Part shown: piece after piece, positions 8,883 through 18,920 of the stretch
Layout: every line of letters begins with the position of its first letter
Position numbering within the stretch: the first letter of the stretch is position 1
NCBI GenBank assembly: GCA_016197185.1
Contig: JACPWH010000018.1
Span: forward strand, 1 to 44,463
From: Ignavibacteriota bacterium
GTDB taxonomy: Bacteria > Bacteroidota > Ignavibacteria > Kapaibacteriales > UBA961
DNA length: 44,463 nt
Direction of reading: 5' to 3'
Position numbers and translations under genes: made by a program
The notes under the pieces: model-generated
Databases searched by the model: none
The model's input: only the letters and a program-made list of their open reading frames with translations
What the model was told of the DNA's origin: nothing

Positions 8883-10325
8883 ATGGAAAAAACGCTCGAA
8901 ATACACGAGGTGATGCTACGCACATTGGGTAAAATCGCTGATGAAAGAAGTATAGAGCTCTATGCCGTCGGTGGATGGGTGCGTGATTATTTTATGGGGA
9001 GAGAAGTACATGACATCGATTGTACTGTTGTAGGTGATTCCTTAAATTTTGCTGAAATCGTAGCTCATTACTTTTCATCCAAAGCTGTTGTTTATGAACG
9101 ATTCCGAACGGCATTAGTCCCTGTAGGTGATTACAAACTTGAATTTGTGGGTACACGAAAAGAAGAATATCTGTCGCACTCTCGAAAGCCGATTGTGAGT
9201 GAAGGAACACTTGAAGATGATCTGCGCAGACGTGATTTTACCATCAATGCTATGGCTGTTTCGCTTAACTCAACTTCTTTTGGTAAATTGATTGATATTT
9301 TCAGAGGGCAAGAGGATTTGGAGCGAAAAATACTCAGAACCCCACTTGACCCGATGGTAACATTTAGTGATGATCCGCTCAGGATGATGCGTGCAGCCAG
9401 ATTTGCTGCGCGGCTCGGATTTACCCTAATGCCTGAAATAAAAGAAGCGATGAAGCAAATGGCAGACAGAATCACCATAATTTCACAGGAACGTATTACT
9501 GATGAATTTCTGAAAATGCTTGCTGCACCTAAACCAAGCATTGGGTTAATTACTCTCTATGAAACAGGTCTCTTGAAGTATATATTTCCCGAAGTGGATC
9601 GTTTGGCCGGTATCGACCTTGTACAAATCGGTGAACAGGAATATGCCCACAAGGATGTTTTTTATCATACTCTTCAAGTGTTGGATAATCTAGCAGTTGT
9701 ATCTGATAATCTTTGGCTAAGATTCGCAACACTCATGCACGATATTGCCAAACCGAAAACAAAACGGTTTTTGCAGGGTATCGGCTGGTCATTTCATGGA
9801 CATGAGGAAATCGGGGCAAGATGGCAACAATCCATTTTCCGAAGATTGAAATTGCCGATGGAGAATCTTCCTTATGTAGAAAAGCTCGTGCGGCTTCACC
9901 AACGTCCGATGATCCTCATTGACGAAGAAGTTACCGATTCAGCTGTTCGTCGGCTTGCAGTGGCAGCAGGAGATGCTCTTGAAGACCTTTTTACATTATG
10001 CCGTGCAGATATTACGACCAAAAATCCTAAAAGAGCAGAAAAATATTTACGGAATTACGATGTTGTCTTCAAAAAAATCATGGATGTGCAGGAAAGAGAC
10101 CAATTAAGGGCATTTCAATCTCCAGTACGCGGTGAAGAAATCATGGAATTTTGTAATCTCCAGCCTTCGCGAACAGTAGGTTTTATTAAAAATGCAATAG
10201 AAGAAGCAATTTTGGAAGGGTATATTCCTAATGAATATGATGCAGCAAAGGCATACTTAATAAAGTATAAAGATGAGTGGCTTGCTGCAGCTGAACAAGA
10301 AATCCCTAAAAAATCTAAAATCTAA
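8883..10325 (+). CDS. cca: CCA-adding tRNA nucleotidyltransferase with HD domain
   Basis: VGGWVRD..DID, EDDLRRRDFTINAMA, DDPLRMMRAARF, ERITDE, MHDIAK. Confidence 0.9.
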   Translation: MEKTLEIHEVMLRTLGKIADERSIELYAVGGWVRDYFMGREVHDIDCTVVGDSLNFAEIVAHYFSSKAVVYERFRTALVPVGDYKLEFVGTRKEEYLSHSRKPIVSEGTLEDDLRRRDFTINAMAVSLNSTSFGKLIDIFRGQEDLERKILRTPLDPMVTFSDDPLRMMRAARFAARLGFTLMPEIKEAMKQMADRITIISQERITDEFLKMLAAPKPSIGLITLYETGLLKYIFPEVDRLAGIDLVQIGEQEYAHKDVFYHTLQVLDNLAVVSDNLWLRFATLMHDIAKPKTKRFLQGIGWSFHGHEEIGARWQQSIFRRLKLPMENLPYVEKLVRLHQRPMILIDEEVTDSAVRRLAVAAGDALEDLFTLCRADITTKNPKRAEKYLRNYDVVFKKIMDVQERDQLRAFQSPVRGEEIMEFCNLQPSRTVGFIKNAIEEAILEGYIPNEYDAAKAYLIKYKDEWLAAAEQEIPKKSKI

Positions 10326-10355
10326 TCGAGAAAAAACACCTTAATAAAAATATTT

Positions 10356-10387
10356 TTTGCGGAAACGGTGATATTCTCGTATTTTTG
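10356..10387 (+). promoter_or_regulatory. Bacteroidota-type sigma-A promoter for tRNA-Ala/tRNA-Asp
   Basis: TTTG (10356-10359) - 20 nt - TATTTTTG (10380-10387) matches TTTG-N19-21-TAnnTTTG. Confidence 0.75.
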
Positions 10388-10408
10388 CGTTCCCCAAATT
10401 AAAGACTA

Positions 10409-10481
<73 letters not shown>

Positions 10482-10520
10482 CGCGCTAAGATAAGATAGA
10501 AATAAAAATTTGACAATAGT

Positions 10521-10595
10521 GGGATCGTAGCTCAGCTTGGTTAGAGCGCCTGCCTGTCACGCAGGAGGTCGCGAGTTCGAGTCTCGTCGGTCCCG
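10521..10595 (+). tRNA. tRNA-Asp(GTC)
   Basis: GGGATCG/CGGTCCC acceptor stem, CCTGC-CTGTCAC-GCAGG anticodon arm, G discriminator. Confidence 0.97.
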
Positions 10596-10600
10596 CAATT

Positions 10601-10632
10601 AAAAAGACGCTGATATTCAGCGTCTTTTTTTA
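10601..10632 (+). terminator. Intrinsic terminator after the tRNA pair
   Basis: AAAAAGACGCTGA-TAT-TCAGCGTCTTTTT perfect hairpin with T tract. Confidence 0.9.
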
Positions 10633-10794
10633 TTTTAGTGAATAGCACAGTATTCAAAAAGCGATTTTGAAATGACAGCTTAGACCCAGCTTCCTATTGA
10701 TCCTACCAAGCCTCAAATACTCCTCCCAAATTTCATTTGTCTTTTTTATCTCTTTCCGTTCTCAAATGTAAATTCAGTAAAAAATCAAAAAAAA

Positions 10795-10843
10795 TTTGCG
10801 TAGTTAAATAACTACGCTTATATTTGTAGCCAAATAGCTTCGC
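10795..10843 (+). promoter_or_regulatory. Promoter with overlapping ArsR-type operator(s)
   Basis: TTTG 10795 - N20 - TATATTTG 10819; perfect inverted repeat GCGTAGTTA-AA-TAACTACGC 10798-10817 and degenerate copy TTGTAGCCA-AA-TAGCTTCGC 10824-10843. Confidence 0.8.
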
Positions 10844-10864
10844 AATGAATTTTAAAAATACTAC

Positions 10865-11188
10865 ATGAATTTAAGACGAGACGTATTTCAAGCCATAGCT
10901 GACCCGACAAGAAGGGCAATCCTTCTGTTGGTAGCTTCACAATCCATGACAGCAGGTGTAATAGCTTCCAACTTTGATACAGCAAGACCGACAGTTTCAA
11001 AACATTTGCAAATACTCACTGAGTGTGAATTACTTGAACAAGAGCAAAACGGAAGAGAAATTTATTATCATATCAATGCAAAAAAAATGAAAGAAGTAGC
11101 CGACTTTATTGAACCGTTCCGTACAATGTGGGATGACAGGTTTAATAAATTGGAAACTATAATGAAAAATTATAAATCAATTACGTAG
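10865..11188 (+). CDS. ArsR/SmtB family transcriptional regulator
   Basis: [32 protein letters not shown]. Confidence 0.95.
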   Translation: MNLRRDVFQAIADPTRRAILLLVASQSMTAGVIASNFDTARPTVSKHLQILTECELLEQEQNGREIYYHINAKKMKEVADFIEPFRTMWDDRFNKLETIMKNYKSIT

Positions 11189-11194
11189 AATACT

Positions 11195-11659
11195 ATGGAA
11201 CAAAAAACAAAGATCAATGCCGAAGACGGCAAACAGGAGTTAGTAATTACAAGGGAATTTGACTTGCCGGTGGAATTACTTTTTAAAGCGTATGTTGAGG
11301 CGGAAATTGTGGAACAATGGATGGGAACGAAAGTGCTGAAACTCGAAAATAAAAAGCACGGCAGTTATCAATTTGAAACGACTGATACAAAAGGAAACAA
11401 ATACGGATTCAACGGAACAATCCACGAGTTTAGCCCGAACCTGAAAATCACAAGGACATTTGAAATGGAGAATACACCCTTTGGCATTCAGCTTGAGTTC
11501 TTAGAATTTGAAAAACTCAAAGAGGGCACCAGCAAACTCATTATGCACATTGTCTATAGATCAGTCGAAAATAGGGATCAAATACTACAGCTACCTTTTG
11601 CTCAAGGCATAAACATGGCACATAACAGATTACAAGACATCGTAAACAAATTAAGGTAA
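11195..11659 (+). CDS. SRPBCC/AHSA1 domain protein
   Basis: ELVITREFDLPVELLFKAY..EQWMG; typical position after ArsR. Confidence 0.92.
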   Translation: MEQKTKINAEDGKQELVITREFDLPVELLFKAYVEAEIVEQWMGTKVLKLENKKHGSYQFETTDTKGNKYGFNGTIHEFSPNLKITRTFEMENTPFGIQLEFLEFEKLKEGTSKLIMHIVYRSVENRDQILQLPFAQGINMAHNRLQDIVNKLR

Positions 11660-11667
11660 AAAACAGT

Positions 11668-11969
11668 ATGACAAAGAGAAATAAAATTATCTATTGGATT
11701 TCTACTCTCTGGCTTGCATTAGGGATGGTTTCCACCGGTTTGGTACAGTTATTAAAAGTTAAGTCAGAAGGTGCCTTGGCACCGCCGGGAACATGGGGTA
11801 TTTCACAGTTGGGGTATCCTGTCTTGTTATGACGGGAGCGGTATTTTCACATTTCGCTACAGGTAGTCCGATGGTTGAAATATTACCCGCTTTGTTACTT
11901 CTCATCCTGACAATAGTATCATGGTATTTCAGACCTGAAGATAGAAAAATCATTTCAGGTAAGCAATAG
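11668..11969 (+). pseudogene. DoxX-family membrane protein with an out-of-frame internal deletion near 11823
   Basis: MTKRNKIIYWISTLWLALGM...QLGYPV stops at 11832; another frame continues VMTGAVFSH...IVSWYFRPEDRK to a stop at 11969; the conserved KEWAYAG-containing segment is absent. Confidence 0.85.
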
Positions 11970-12231
11970 ACGCTCTGAAGTTATAAAAGTATAAACTTCA
12001 AAACAGTAAGAGAAAAGCTCATAAATCAAACAAGTGTATGAAATAATGGTGAGTGAAGTGCTTAGTATGAAACTTTTTGTTAAATTTGATTTGTAGGTAG
12101 CATATCAAGAGTCGTCTAAAAATTGACATCATACCCCAAAGTTCCTAACAGTTAGGGTAGCTTTAGGACATCAGGACATCTGAGCAAAATATAAAACATA
12201 TAATCATTAATTTTAACTAAAAATAAAAACC

Positions 12232-12864
12232 ATGGCAATGACACCTCGTCTAAGTAAAGCGTTTCTGACATCTCACATCACTTTTTCTGTAGGTTGGCTT
12301 GGATCAGTAACAGTATTCTTAGTCCTTGCCATCACCGGTTTGACAAGTCAAGATAATCAGTTAGCCCGCTCCTCACTCATTGCAATGAAATTGAGTGCTT
12401 GGTTGGTAATAGTTCCATTCTGCTTGACATCGTTATTAACCGGTGTTGTTCAGGCAGTCGGGACAAAATGGGGTTTGTTCAAGTACTATTGGATTGTAGT
12501 AAAACTATTTTTAACTGTAGCTTCTACTGTGCTTTTATTACTTCATATTCAGCCAATAAGTTACTTAGCGGATGTTGCGACCGACTCTTCGTTTTCAAAT
12601 TTGCAACACGCAGGACAAATCATTGACCTAATAGCAAAAGCAGGGGCAGCAATTTTGGTTTTGCTTGCACTTACAACAATTTCTATTTACAAACCTTGGG
12701 GTAAAATTCAATTGGCACAAAGTAGTAACATCCAATTAATAAACCCACAAGGCAAAATGAGAACTAAAAAACAGTGGGTAACTTATATGCTTATCGGACT
12801 AATGTGTTTGCTTCTAATTGTAATTATCAAACACCTGTCGGAAGGTGGTATGCACGGTCATTGA
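12232..12864 (+). CDS. DUF2269-like integral membrane protein
   Basis: HITFSVGWLG, GTKWGLFKYYWIVVK, ISIYKPWG; about 5 hydrophobic segments. Confidence 0.7.
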   Translation: MAMTPRLSKAFLTSHITFSVGWLGSVTVFLVLAITGLTSQDNQLARSSLIAMKLSAWLVIVPFCLTSLLTGVVQAVGTKWGLFKYYWIVVKLFLTVASTVLLLLHIQPISYLADVATDSSFSNLQHAGQIIDLIAKAGAAILVLLALTTISIYKPWGKIQLAQSSNIQLINPQGKMRTKKQWVTYMLIGLMCLLLIVIIKHLSEGGMHGH

Positions 12865-13025
12865 AAAAACGATATTGAAAGAAAATTTCAAATAACTATT
12901 TAAATTTTAACCATGTACTATTATAGCAATACGGCTTATATGCTTACAGAACAATGATTATAAAGCTGCATTAATTTGTAAAAGTCGCAGGCAAATTTTT
13001 CTTAAAACGATACTATTGTACATAA

Positions 13026-13955
13026 ATGAAACTGTGTTTTATCATATTTTTGATTGTAACCATTACAAAAAGTTATAGTCAACAATACAAATATGTATTC
13101 AAAAACGCGAAGGATAGTACATCAAATTGTTATCTGACAGTTCTTCCAGCATCAAAGGAAATAAAAGGAGTAATAATTCGGGATTATAGCAGTCTCCCGG
13201 ATACTTCAAAAAAATCACCCTATAAATTCAACAAGTTGTGCTCTGACAGTGGGCTTGTGGTTGTTTACACTGTTTCATCCAGTTTCTTCCCTGAGTTTTT
13301 TTATAACGACAGCACAATTAATCTCCTTGACAGAATGGTGTCGGAGGTTGTTCAGAAATACAATATTCCGAGGAATGCAATATTTATTGGCGGCATATCA
13401 TCAAGTGGAACAAGGGCATTGAAATACGCACAGTTCTGTGAGCAAGGAAGATCAAAATTTGGTATAAAAATCAAAGGTGTTTTTGCAGTTGATCCTCCAT
13501 TAGATTTGGAACGATTCTATAACTCTGTAAAGAGACACAAGCATAACTTTAAAGCAGGAATGCTTTGGGAAGCAGAGCTTATGTCTAAAGTATTCCCGGA
13601 AAAGATGGGAGGATCGCCAACTGATTCCCCCGAAAAATATTTAAAAGTTTCAGTGTTTTCTCATAGTGACAGCTTAGGAGGTAATGCTAAATTTTTAAAG
13701 AATGTCAATGTTATTCTATTTCACGAACCTGATATAGATTGGTGGATTAAAGAGAGAGGATCCTCATACTATGATATGAATTCTTATGATATAGCAGCAT
13801 TGGTAGTCAAAATGAAAGAGCTAGGCAGCACTACCATAGATTTGATTACTACAACCGGTAAGGGGTTTGAATCTAATGGAAACCGTAATTGCCATTCATG
13901 GACTATAGTAAACGAGAAATTCTTGACCAACTGGATTTTGAATAAGATAGAATAA
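13026..13955 (+). CDS. Secreted alpha/beta-hydrolase-fold protein
   Basis: Signal peptide; IFIGGISSSGT nucleophile-elbow-like motif; C-terminal HSW. Confidence 0.65.
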   Translation: MKLCFIIFLIVTITKSYSQQYKYVFKNAKDSTSNCYLTVLPASKEIKGVIIRDYSSLPDTSKKSPYKFNKLCSDSGLVVVYTVSSSFFPEFFYNDSTINLLDRMVSEVVQKYNIPRNAIFIGGISSSGTRALKYAQFCEQGRSKFGIKIKGVFAVDPPLDLERFYNSVKRHKHNFKAGMLWEAELMSKVFPEKMGGSPTDSPEKYLKVSVFSHSDSLGGNAKFLKNVNVILFHEPDIDWWIKERGSSYYDMNSYDIAALVVKMKELGSTTIDLITTTGKGFESNGNRNCHSWTIVNEKFLTNWILNKIE

Positions 13956-14131
13956 TGGTATGAACCGTTCAACAATTGAAGAATAAAATGTCATCGAAAA
14001 ACCTTTGGCAAATGAATCCCATGCAACAGTAGAGAAGCTTACTGATATGATGATTGAAGCATCAGTTAATGGGTTTTGAAACATTTGTATTTACCTGCTT
14101 AACACACTTATTCAATAGTTAATATAAAAAT

Positions 14132-14707
14132 ATGAGTAACAATATCAGCAATAAAAAGAAATTGTCACCTGAGCGACTTGAAGAATTACTCAAAACGTTA
14201 AAAGTTAGGTTTGAGAAAAACATGAGCAGGCATAAAGGTCTTGAATGGGATAAAGTACAGGCAAAACTGATAGCTAACGATACAAAATTGTGGTCTCTGG
14301 GTAAAATGGAAGAAACCGGCGGTGAACCGGATGTTGTCGGTTATGATAAAAAGACCGACGAATACATTTTTTATGATTGTTCGGCAGAGAGCCCTAAAGG
14401 TCGCAGAAGCCTTTGTTATGACCATGAAGCTCTGGAGTCAAGGAAAGAACATAAACCGGAAAACAGTGCTACTACAATGGCATCTGATATGAATATTGAG
14501 CTTTTAACAGAAGAGCAATACAGGGAGTTGCAGAAACTTGGAAATTTCGATACAAAAACATCAAGTTGGGTGGTAACACCCGATGAGATTAGAAAACTCG
14601 GCGGTGCACTTTTTTGTGATCGCCGTTACAATTCTGTATTCCTTTATCACAACGGTACAGAATCTTACTACGCAGCGAGAGGTTTTCGAGGCTCGTTAAA
14701 GGTATAA
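14132..14707 (+). CDS. DUF4256 domain protein
   Basis: MEETGGEPDV, DCSAESPKGRRSLCYD, FDTKTSSW, YYAARGFRG. Confidence 0.92.
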   Translation: MSNNISNKKKLSPERLEELLKTLKVRFEKNMSRHKGLEWDKVQAKLIANDTKLWSLGKMEETGGEPDVVGYDKKTDEYIFYDCSAESPKGRRSLCYDHEALESRKEHKPENSATTMASDMNIELLTEEQYRELQKLGNFDTKTSSWVVTPDEIRKLGGALFCDRRYNSVFLYHNGTESYYAARGFRGSLKV

Positions 14708-14910
14708 ATTTTGTTCAAATAGTAAGATTTAAGAAAATGAATCGTAAAGTTGTTTTTGCATCAATAAAACAAAAAAGTGATAGTGGGAATTAGAATTATT
14801 GAGAGATATCCTTCTTGCTTGTAGTATTTACCGAAGAATTGAAGTGAGGGTTCTCCTTGTTAAAAGTGCGCTAAGGGTTCGATTGTACTCCCATTCAGCC
14901 AGATTCAAAA

Positions 14911-14944
14911 AACAAAAAACCGTTCTTGTGAACGGTTTTTTGTT
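14911..14944. terminator. Bidirectional intrinsic terminator
   Basis: AACAAAAAACCGTTC-TTGT-GAACGGTTTTTTGTT perfect 15-bp stem between convergent genes. Confidence 0.9.
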
Positions 14945-14963
14945 AAAAGTTTTACAGTAGAGA

Positions 14964-17267
14964 TTAGACGAGTACCGGTTCAATCTTTTTTTTTTCAAAT
15001 GCCTCATCCGCACAAATAGCCGCCATACTTACGATATCCTGCACATCCGCATCACGTTCCAAAATATGAATCGGCTTGTTCATCCCGATAAGAATAGGTC
15101 CTACCGCTTCTGCTTCACCTAAACGAATCAGCAATTTATAAGCAATATTAGCAGCATTCAAATCAGGAAAAATAAGAACATTAGCATCGCCTTGAATCGA
15201 ATTGAACGGAAACTGTTCACGCGCTTTGTCAGCCCATACTGCCGTATCCGCTTGCATTTCTCCGTCAATAATAAGATTTGGTCGTTTTAATTTTACAAGC
15301 TCCATTGCTTCCCTCATTTTCAATACACTCGGGTCATGCGACATTCCGAAATCGCTGAACGATAACATTGCGACACGAGGTGTAATTTTAAAACGTTCAG
15401 CTGCCTCTGCAGTAATCATTGCTATGTCAGCGAGTTGTTCGGCTGTAGGGTTCGGTGTGACTGTAGTATCCGCAAAAAAGAGTGTATCACCGCGCTTTGT
15501 AATTACAACATACATCCCGGCAACACGCGAGAATCGCTTATCTGTCCCGATAATCTCGAGTGCCGGACGAATTGTTTCATCATACCGAAGATTCAAACCG
15601 GAGAGAAGACCATCGGCATCCCCAGCCTCAACCATCAACGCCCCGAAATAATTGCGACGCATGACAAGTTTACGAGCTTCGCCGAGGGTCATTCCGCGCC
15701 GTTGGCGTTTATTAGTAAGAATATTGGCATATTCTTCGCTTTTATCCGAGTAATAAATGTCAATTGTTTCAAATTTTGAAAGGTCAATGCCAATTGAGTC
15801 CGCAACACTTTTCATTCGAGCTTGTCCCCCGAGAAGAATAGGATTTGCAATACCGTCCTCCAAAATAATTTCTGCTGCTCTGAGTGCCTTCGGCTCTTCT
15901 CCTTCTGTTAAAATAATCCTTTTCTTTACAGCCCTCCTTTGGACAGCAGTCGTAATATTTACTTTGAAACGTTTTGCATTCCCTTGTTGAGATTGTAAGT
16001 GGGTTTTATATTCTTCTATGTTAAAATCGAGTTTTCTTGCTACTCCGGATTCAATGGCTGCTTTGGCAACCGCCGGAGGAACAGTCAACAGAACACGCGG
16101 GTCTAATGCTTTAGGGATAATGTACCCCCTGCCGAAACTGGTTTCCTCACCACCATAAGCTCGTGCTACCGATTCAGGCACTTCTTGTTTGGCGAGTGAT
16201 GCCAAAGAGTATGCTGCAGCAAGTTTCATTTCGTCATTGATTGCTTTTGCCCTTACATCAAGTGCTCCTCTAAAAATATATGGAAATCCCAATACATTAT
16301 TTACCTGATTAGGGTAGTCGCTTCTGCCTGTTGCTACAATAATATCATTACGAACTACAATAGCATCAGTATAGGATATTTCGGGGTCGGGGTTGGCAAG
16401 TGCAAAGACAATTGGATTTGGCGGCATTGAGGCGACCATTTCTTTGGTAACAAGTCCGCCCGCACTTAAACCCAAAAACACATCTGCTTTGTGCATCATC
16501 TCGGCAAGAGTAGCCGGAGCATCACCGTTAGCAAAAAACAGTTTTTGTTCTGACATATCCTCAGTGCGACCTTTGTAAACCAGCCCTTTCCTATCACACA
16601 GGAACATATTTTCCCGTTTTACACCAAGTTTTATATAGAACAAACTACATGCAATAGCAGAAGCACCGGCACCGCTCACGACCACAGTAATATCAGCCAG
16701 TTTTTTGCCCTGTACCTCGCACGCATTCAAGAGTGCTGCACCGCTAATGATGGCAGTCCCGTGCTGGTCATCGTGAAATACGGGAATTTGCATCCTGCGT
16801 TGTAGCTCTTTTTCTATATAGAAACATTCGGGTGCTTTAATATCTTCCAAGTTTATGCCGCCAAAGGTCGGCTCAAGATTGGCAACAGCGTTGATAAACT
16901 CTTCTGCATCCAGGGTTTTCACTTCAATATCGAAAACATCTATATCGGCAAACTTTTTGAAGAGAACACCTTTTCCCTCCATCACAGGTTTACTTGCTGA
17001 TGCTCCTATGTTGCCCAAGCCGAGAACTGCAGTTCCATTGGAAATAACGCCAACAAGGTTTCCTTTTGCAGTATATTCATAGACTAATTCTTCATTTTCT
17101 GCAATGTCACGACATGGTTCTGCAACCCCAGGAGAGTAAGCAAGTGACAGTTCATATTGTGTATCACAAGGTTTTGATGGGATAACTTCAATCTTTCCTT
17201 TTCGTCCTGAAGAGTGATACTTAAGTGCTTCCTCACGGTTAATTTTCTTTTTGTACATTTCGGACAT
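14964..17267 (-). CDS. maeB: NADP-dependent malic enzyme with phosphotransacetylase-like C-terminal domain
   Basis: [53 protein letters not shown]. Confidence 0.97.
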   Translation of the reverse strand: MSEMYKKKINREEALKYHSSGRKGKIEVIPSKPCDTQYELSLAYSPGVAEPCRDIAENEELVYEYTAKGNLVGVISNGTAVLGLGNIGASASKPVMEGKGVLFKKFADIDVFDIEVKTLDAEEFINAVANLEPTFGGINLEDIKAPECFYIEKELQRRMQIPVFHDDQHGTAIISGAALLNACEVQGKKLADITVVVSGAGASAIACSLFYIKLGVKRENMFLCDRKGLVYKGRTEDMSEQKLFFANGDAPATLAEMMHKADVFLGLSAGGLVTKEMVASMPPNPIVFALANPDPEISYTDAIVVRNDIIVATGRSDYPNQVNNVLGFPYIFRGALDVRAKAINDEMKLAAAYSLASLAKQEVPESVARAYGGEETSFGRGYIIPKALDPRVLLTVPPAVAKAAIESGVARKLDFNIEEYKTHLQSQQGNAKRFKVNITTAVQRRAVKKRIILTEGEEPKALRAAEIILEDGIANPILLGGQARMKSVADSIGIDLSKFETIDIYYSDKSEEYANILTNKRQRRGMTLGEARKLVMRRNYFGALMVEAGDADGLLSGLNLRYDETIRPALEIIGTDKRFSRVAGMYVVITKRGDTLFFADTTVTPNPTAEQLADIAMITAEAAERFKITPRVAMLSFSDFGMSHDPSVLKMREAMELVKLKRPNLIIDGEMQADTAVWADKAREQFPFNSIQGDANVLIFPDLNAANIAYKLLIRLGEAEAVGPILIGMNKPIHILERDADVQDIVSMAAICADEAFEKKKIEPVLV

Positions 17268-17583
17268 CTGGGTTCCTATCTATAGAAGGTTTCAAAAACA
17301 GTTAGTACTTTCACCTTGTTTTATTACAAAATTAAGATAATTTGAATGAAGATGACCGTGATGTCATATTTTACACATAAAATGACTAAAAAAAGATTTC
17401 AAAAAAAGCAGGTTTTTATGAATGAATTTGTATTTTACCCAATCAAAGAGTGATGAAATAGTAGTTTTTGGATACTTCATACATATTCATAAAAAAATCT
17501 TTGTGTAGTAGGAAAAGAAATACGTAAGTTAACTGAAAGCACAAAATGTGTTCTTTCACTTTTTATATTCTATAGAATCAATT

Positions 17584-17957
17584 ATGACAACATATCCTTA
17601 CCCTGTAGAAGAAGGTCGTCGTGATATTGTTATGAGTATTATTTTCACAGTAATTACATGTGGAATTTATGGTCTTTATTGGCAGTATAAACAATGGAAT
17701 GTATCAATGCTTGGCTTAGAAGGGGAGAATACAATTTTTGGGCGGTTTTCTTTATTTCGATTATAACCTGTGGTATCTATTATATTTATACCAAGTACAA
17801 GATGGCAGAATCAATAAATGCGATTCAAAGTGCAAACGGTTTTAATGTAAACTCCAGTCTCCCGTTGATCACTCTTTTACTGTCAATTTTCGGTTTGAGT
17901 ATAGTAGCGGATGCGATTCAGCAGAGTGAAATGAATGATTGGTATGTTGGGGCTTAA
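17584..17957 (+). pseudogene. DUF4234-family membrane protein with a 1-nt frameshift at about 17694
   Basis: Frame 1 IFTVITCGIYGLYWQYKQ joins frame 2 MECINAW..IITCGIY..IQQSEMN if one A is added at CAA/ATG. Confidence 0.8.
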
Positions 17958-18034
17958 ATCGATAGCTTTGTTGAGGCAGAGAGTGCTTATTTGTAAGTAA
18001 GTTTTTATCTGATTACGTCTAAGAATGGATATAT

Positions 18035-18066
18035 AAAAAAGGTAAGTCAATTGACTTACCTTTTTT
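18035..18066. terminator. Bidirectional terminator (perfect 32-bp palindrome)
   Basis: AAAAAAGGTAAGTCAA/TTGACTTACCTTTTTT between convergent genes. Confidence 0.85.
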
Positions 18067-18084
18067 ATAGCATACAAACTCTAT

Positions 18085-18465
18085 TTATTCATTCAAATCA
18101 TATTCTTTTTTAGAATACTCGAATGCCTCGATGCCAATATCTTCCAGAAGAGGATTATTGCTTCTTGAGAATTGATAAGGATAACCCCAATAGATAAGTT
18201 TATCATTTTCAAAAGCATAATAATATACCTCTTTAAAAACGGCACCTCTAATTGTGGTCATATAAACTTCATATTTATTTTTGTTCTTTGCACTTAACTT
18301 TGGTAGAGAGACAACCTTGTCATAATCTACATCTTCCGTTTTAAATGCCTGAAGTGTTGTGCCCTTCGATAGCCGTAAATTACTTTCAGTAATAAATGTT
18401 TGACAAGAAGCCAATCCTATAAACGAAAGTAGAATTATACTTGATTTAATAAATTTACCGTACAT
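18085..18465 (-). CDS. Small lipoprotein, paralog 3 (BamE/BLIP-like)
   Basis: Lipobox LASC; YYAFENDKLIYWG motif. Confidence 0.8.
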   Translation of the reverse strand: MYGKFIKSSIILLSFIGLASCQTFITESNLRLSKGTTLQAFKTEDVDYDKVVSLPKLSAKNKNKYEVYMTTIRGAVFKEVYYYAFENDKLIYWGYPYQFSRSNNPLLEDIGIEAFEYSKKEYDLNE

Positions 18466-18910
18466 ATTCTATGCCTTTCTTTTGTAAATAGTTTTTATAA
18501 CCGGCTTCCAAAGCCAAACCAAATTGACTTCCTTTATTGGAAGGGTCATTTTTGAATTCATATAAATAACCCCAGTTAAAGAGCTTGCTGTTTTTAGTAA
18601 TCAGAAAATAAAAATCTCTGAAATAAGTAGTTTTCTCAGAGCGACCGCCATTATATTTCTGCTCTTGCGGAGTAGTGAATTCTTTATGAAAATAATTCGT
18701 AACCGGCAATACTTGACACTGATATTTTTGATTATCGAATTCAAATTCAAATATAGGAATCATATCAGAGTCCACTGTCAATTCTTTCGAAAAATCCATT
18801 CCTTTTTTTAGTCGTGCAAAATCGTTTGCTCCGATAAATTTATTACCGCATGACGACATAAAGACCGTAGTAATTACCAAAAATAGATTAATACATAATT
18901 TGTTTTTCAT
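18455..18910 (-). CDS. Small lipoprotein, paralog 2 (BamE/BLIP-like)
   Basis: Lipobox MSSC; FARLKKGMD; FLITKNSKLFNWG motif. Confidence 0.8.
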   Translation of the reverse strand: MKNKLCINLFLVITTVFMSSCGNKFIGANDFARLKKGMDFSKELTVDSDMIPIFEFEFDNQKYQCQVLPVTNYFHKEFTTPQEQKYNGGRSEKTTYFRDFYFLITKNSKLFNWGYLYEFKNDPSNKGSQFGLALEAGYKNYLQKKGIEYVR

Positions 18911-18920
18911 AATTTTTCCC

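Noticed and set aside
12865-13025. attC-like cassette site upstream of the hydrolase gene (and similar at 12.1-12.2 kb)
   Set aside because: Only faint resemblance; no complementary RYYYAAC/GTTRRRY core pair or foldable L boxes, and no integron integrase
10570-14960. attL/attR duplication of the tRNA-Asp 3' end bounding the accessory islet
   Set aside because: No copy of the tRNA 3' sequence found near 14.7-14.96 kb; the GTCGCGAGTTCGAGTCTCGT match at 35.7 kb is just the tRNA-Gly T-arm
17361-17388. Imperfect palindrome GTCATATTTTA-CACA-TAAAATGAC upstream of maeB as a dif site or operator
   Set aside because: Lacks the XerD arm TTATGTTAAAT and needs a bulge; no cognate regulator identifiable
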